The position numbers and the translations under genes were made by a program. The notes under the pieces are model-generated. The model was not told the origin of the DNA and searched no databases. It saw nothing but the letters and a program-made list of their open reading frames with translations. Below are positions 60,022 to 64,000 of a stretch of DNA of 64,000 nt, piece after piece. Position 1 is the first letter of the stretch; every line of letters starts with the position of its first letter. The stretch is from positions 82,956,001 to 83,020,000 of the forward strand of contig NC_135655.1 in assembly GCF_964188315.1 (NCBI RefSeq), in the 5' to 3' direction. The stretch comes from Podarcis muralis (taxonomy: Eukaryota).

Positions 60022-62688
60022 GTAAGCTGCATCACTCCGGGAGAGAGAAGTGTAGGGTGAAGTAGGAAGTGACAGGGAACAGAAAAAGTGTGAAAATGAA
60101 TGAGGCACAGAAGGAGATTCCTAGATGGATGGGAGACTCTGCAGGTTATATAGCCCACGAAGGAACTTGCAGCTGTTTACAAATGGGCACACAACAGAGC
60201 ATGTGCTAGAATACTGCACATAAGAAACTTTACTGGGTCCTCTAACACATTTTTAACCATTTATTGTCAAACTTAGAGCCTGATCTTAATCACATTTACT
60301 TGGAACCAAACCCTACTGATTTCACTGAGACTTGTTTCCTGGCAAGTATACTTAGAAGTTCAACAACAGTTTGTGAACAGCTCCTAAAGTTAAATACCTG
60401 TAGCAAAAGAACAGGCAGAGGATAGTCAGTGACCACCCACACTTATAGGCAGCAGCAAACAAGGGCAGAATGGGGAATTGAGGCAAAGGATGTGAGAACA
60501 GATGAGGTCAAGTGAGAAGGGAAGACAGCTGAATGGACAGCTGAGTTGGAAGCTTAGGGGTTGAAGTATAAAACACAAGGGGTGCAATACAGGAGTTAGG
60601 TGCACATTCCATGCAAATCACTTAGCTGTGTGCTTAGTTCCTACAGATTTGCCTACAAAGCACCATGCACAAGTCATTAGCAGAAAATTTGACAAGCTGT
60701 TTAGTGAACCTGGATGCACTAAGGCTATAAAAGTTAGAAGGCCAGATTGGGGGAGTCACTGAGGTCTGTAAGACATCTATGCAGCTTGCCAAAATACCCC
60801 ATAGTCTTGGAATAGATCTTGGAAACCTGTACCTGTAGTTGAGTCAGTGGAAGAGATTAGGGATGCTGTTGGTTAAGTGCCCACCCTGTTGCCCAATGGC
60901 TATCTAAGGTAGTCTCAAGTCCAGTGTTGGGGGACCCCAGGACAGTGGTTCTGCATGACCTCGACATTCATGCCAAGGTTGCTTTGTCTGGTCCAGTTTG
61001 GGACTTCATGGCCTTCATGGGCCTGTCCCAAATTGTCAATGGACCAATACACAGGGTAGGACACACATTAGCTTTAGGCGTCACTTCAGGGTGAGTGGCT
61101 TGTGGTTTGCATATTGATCCCTTTGTGGTGGGGAGGGGCCAATTTGGACGGCATGCGCTTTGAGACCTATGAAATCTGATTGATTCCTGAGTGCTCTGGA
61201 GGATTTTCCAGTAGCCAATTTTGGTAATTTTGTTGAGGCTGTTTCCTAATTGTAGAACATTAGGGTGAGGAGGCCTGTTGACACAGTCACTTCAGTGTGT
61301 CTGGTCTGACACTGCAGAGCTCATTCTGCTCCTCAGTTCTCTTCATAGCTACGAGCAACAAAAGAGGCCAGGTAACAGCTGTAGCAGGCTGAACAGTGGT
61401 TAGAATGCATATCTGCAACTATCACATAGCGATGATGGCAGTGAAAAAGGTCCACCATTCCATTTCCATCAAGCAGAGCTCTTTCTAGTTAAAATGTTGT
61501 TACAACCTGCCTCAGTCAGTAGGACACTGTAACCACCACAAGCCTGCTGTTTAGGCACACCTGTTTAGGCAAGCATTCCCCGGAAGTGAACTTATGATTT
61601 TATTGTTTCGATAGGGGCTTTTGTTTTGCTCTTTCAAATGCTACAATGGAATACTTATTGTGTATTTTAATTATGTATTGATTATGTATTGATTTTATAG
61701 TTGACATATAAGTGGTACATAAATTAGATGACAATGAGGATGATAATAATATTGCTACATCAAGCCTCCTGTGTGTGAGAGAATCAGAAGTGGCATCAGA
61801 CCAAATGGTAAAATGAGATGCTTTTTGGGATAGGAGCCTGGCCTCTATCATAAAAACCAAACAAGCTGAGTGTTTGCCTAGGCCCAAAAGTTGTGAGCAG
61901 GGCCACCAAGTGTGCATAGTGCCCCTGGAGGACAGTTGAGGAGAGCATGTCTAGACTGCACAATGCAAAAATAATTTCAGATTTGGGTGCAAGCCAAGGA
62001 GTTTGGCAGTTTCAACTCAACACAGAAAGTGCCAAACTCTGCACCTTTAACTTTCCTCTTTTTAGATCTGTGCTTAAAGGATTTCGGTGTGGGATAGTAA
62101 ATGCCTGAGATTACAAGAACATCACTGCTTGGACCACTCAGAACTCGTGAGGTGGCAACGTGTGCTTACTCAAGTCTATTGCATGCTTACTCCTCCTTAG
62201 CAAGTCCTCCTTAGTTCAGTGGAACTTGCACCACAAACTTTGTACATGTTTACTTGGGGTGAATGTGCATAGGATTGCAGCCCTACTCTTAATAGATGAA
62301 TTTAGGATTGCAATCTTAGCATAACAAAGAGGCTTCCTGCAGGATGATGTGTAATAAGATTTCCACTGAGGGAAAAGCAACTGTATCAGTGGAAAGACCT
62401 CGGGCGTGCAGAGAACAAGGGGAGTGTGGAAATGCTTTATTTCAGTTGCTGCATATGGTGAGGTGTTAGTTGGCATCAGGTTTTATAGCGAGACATTCTT
62501 AGGAGGGAAGTATTGATTGGGAAAACTGGCTGATAGCAAAAGAATAGTCCATTTCAGGGATAGGATTGGTAAGAGGAAAGCTTTTGAGAATAGACAGATG
62601 TTTCTCTGAAACAATCCTGAAATTGCAGCCTTGGGTGTATATTGAAGTCACTCCTATGCATGCATTAACTAGGAAGTAAGCACCATTG

Positions 62689-63212
62689 GGGGATGCGGGT
62701 AGTGCTGTGGGTTAAACCACAGAGCCTAGGACTTGCCGATCAAAAGGTTGGCGGTTCGAATCCCTGCGACGGGGTGAGCTCCTGTTGCTGGGTCCCTGCT
62801 CCTGCCAACCTAGCAGTTCAAAAGCAAGTCAAAGTGCAAGTAGATAAATACCGTATTTTTTGCACCATAACACTCACTTTTTCCCTCCTAAAAGTAAGGG
62901 GAAATGTCTGTGCGTGTTATGGAGGGAATGCCTACGGGTGGCATGCCTACGGATTTTCCTCCTCTAAAAACTACGTGTGTGTTATGGTCGGGTGCGTGTT
63001 ATAGAGCGAAAAATACGGTAGGTATCGCTCCGGCAGGAAGGTAAACGGTGTTTCCGTGCGCTGCTTTGGTTCGCCAGAAGCGGCTTAGTCATTCTGGCCA
63101 CATAACCCGGAAGCTGTACGACGGCTCCCTCGGCCAGTAAAGCGAGATGAGAGCCGCAACCCCAGAGTTGGCCACAACTGGACCTAATGGTCAGGGGTCC
63201 CTTTACCTTTTT
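62689..63212 (+). mobile_element. Full-length Sauria-type SINE interrupted by a MITE
   Basis: 12-bp target duplication TAAGCACCATTG (62677-62688, 63213-63224). Confidence 0.9.
62851..63018. mobile_element. Tc2/pogo-like MITE, near-identical to 40126-40294
   Basis: TA|CCGTATTTTT...AAAAATACGG|TA inside the SINE's agataaaTAggta. Confidence 0.85.
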
Positions 63213-64000
63213 TAAGCACCATTGAGCTCAGCTGGATTTATTTCTGGGTAAACATGAAATATTATTGGCTGCGTGACCTCAAAACTGTCCTGAGCCTGCA
63301 AGATATACATGGATATGGTTGTTGACAAGAGTTTTTCTGACACAGGCTTTTTAGGTGTTTGACTCTACTGTTGAATATGGGAACGTGTGGAGCCAAAGTA
63401 TATATTGAGCTAAGCTGCATTGAAACCAGTCTGGCCTGGTTCAAAACTGTGATGTTAGCTTACAAGAGTATCAAGGCTGAAAGGAAGGCAGTAGGAAAAG
63501 CCCAAAGTCAGAGCAGAAAGTCATATTGAGGGCACCTTACTGCATGCATTGGGGTTCCGTACAAAAGCCATCATGTGTTAATACTATGCAGAATGGAGAT
63601 TAGTAACACTAAGTATAATTCCTAGTGCCCATCTGGTTATTGAGACAGGTAAGAACATAGTCTGTGGTGTCCTATCCTGACCAGGCATGAATAGTATTTA
63701 GCCATGCTCAGGTACCCAGCTGTGAAATTTAGAGCCAATGCAAGAAACAGAAGACAAACCCCCTGAAATGATTCACATTTAGGGGTGCAGCATATTCTTT
63801 GATCACAGAAAACTACAGAGGTGCCTTGTGGATTTTCATGACCATGGAAATGCTCCAAGATTGCTGGTCACCCTAATTCTACAAGTTTAAAGCAGGCTGA
63901 TCACTTTTCAAGTTTGTGAGCTTTTCTTTTTCTAGCTGGCTTCTCCTGGAAGAATTAAGCTGTTGGCAAGAGCTTATGACAGGTTGTTCCCCTTTGGGAT

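Noticed and set aside
1-64000. CRISPR arrays, rRNA, operon-like or prokaryotic systems
   Set aside because: Eukaryotic spliced genes and interspersed repeats only; no regularly spaced repeat-spacer structure seen

Overview
Vertebrate (squamate, probably lacertid lizard, judged from Sauria-type and Squam3-type SINEs) genomic DNA, intron- and repeat-rich, with one 141-N gap (45739-45879). Two recognisable gene units. (1) A tandem pair of glycine N-acyltransferase-like (GLYATL3-like, GNAT fold) genes on +: copy 1 lacks its first coding exon (just upstream of the window; exons 969-1076, 1316-1442, 2487-2607, 3267-3675) and copy 2 is complete (5859-5936, 6772-6879, 7227-7353, 7915-8035, 8764-9172; 280 aa). 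(2) CLCF1 on - (exon 2 27459-27628, exon 3 CDS 22059-22541, 3'UTR to about 20450; exon 1 not resolved, probably near the GC-rich island at 45.0-45.7 kb). A second CpG island at 56.3-57.3 kb looks like the promoter of a + strand transcription unit I cannot identify. Most notable: near-neutral-rate protein divergence plus a 181-bp identical tract between the GLYATL copies, a Penelope-type minimal hammerhead ribozyme motif just behind copy 2, the GLYATL-CLCF1 tail-to-tail adjacency, and an AU-rich CLCF1 3' end. All coordinates, alignments and counts were done by eye; no database search was run, and comparisons to human proteins or repeat consensus sequences are from recall. I found no evidence of a wholly new multi-gene system.
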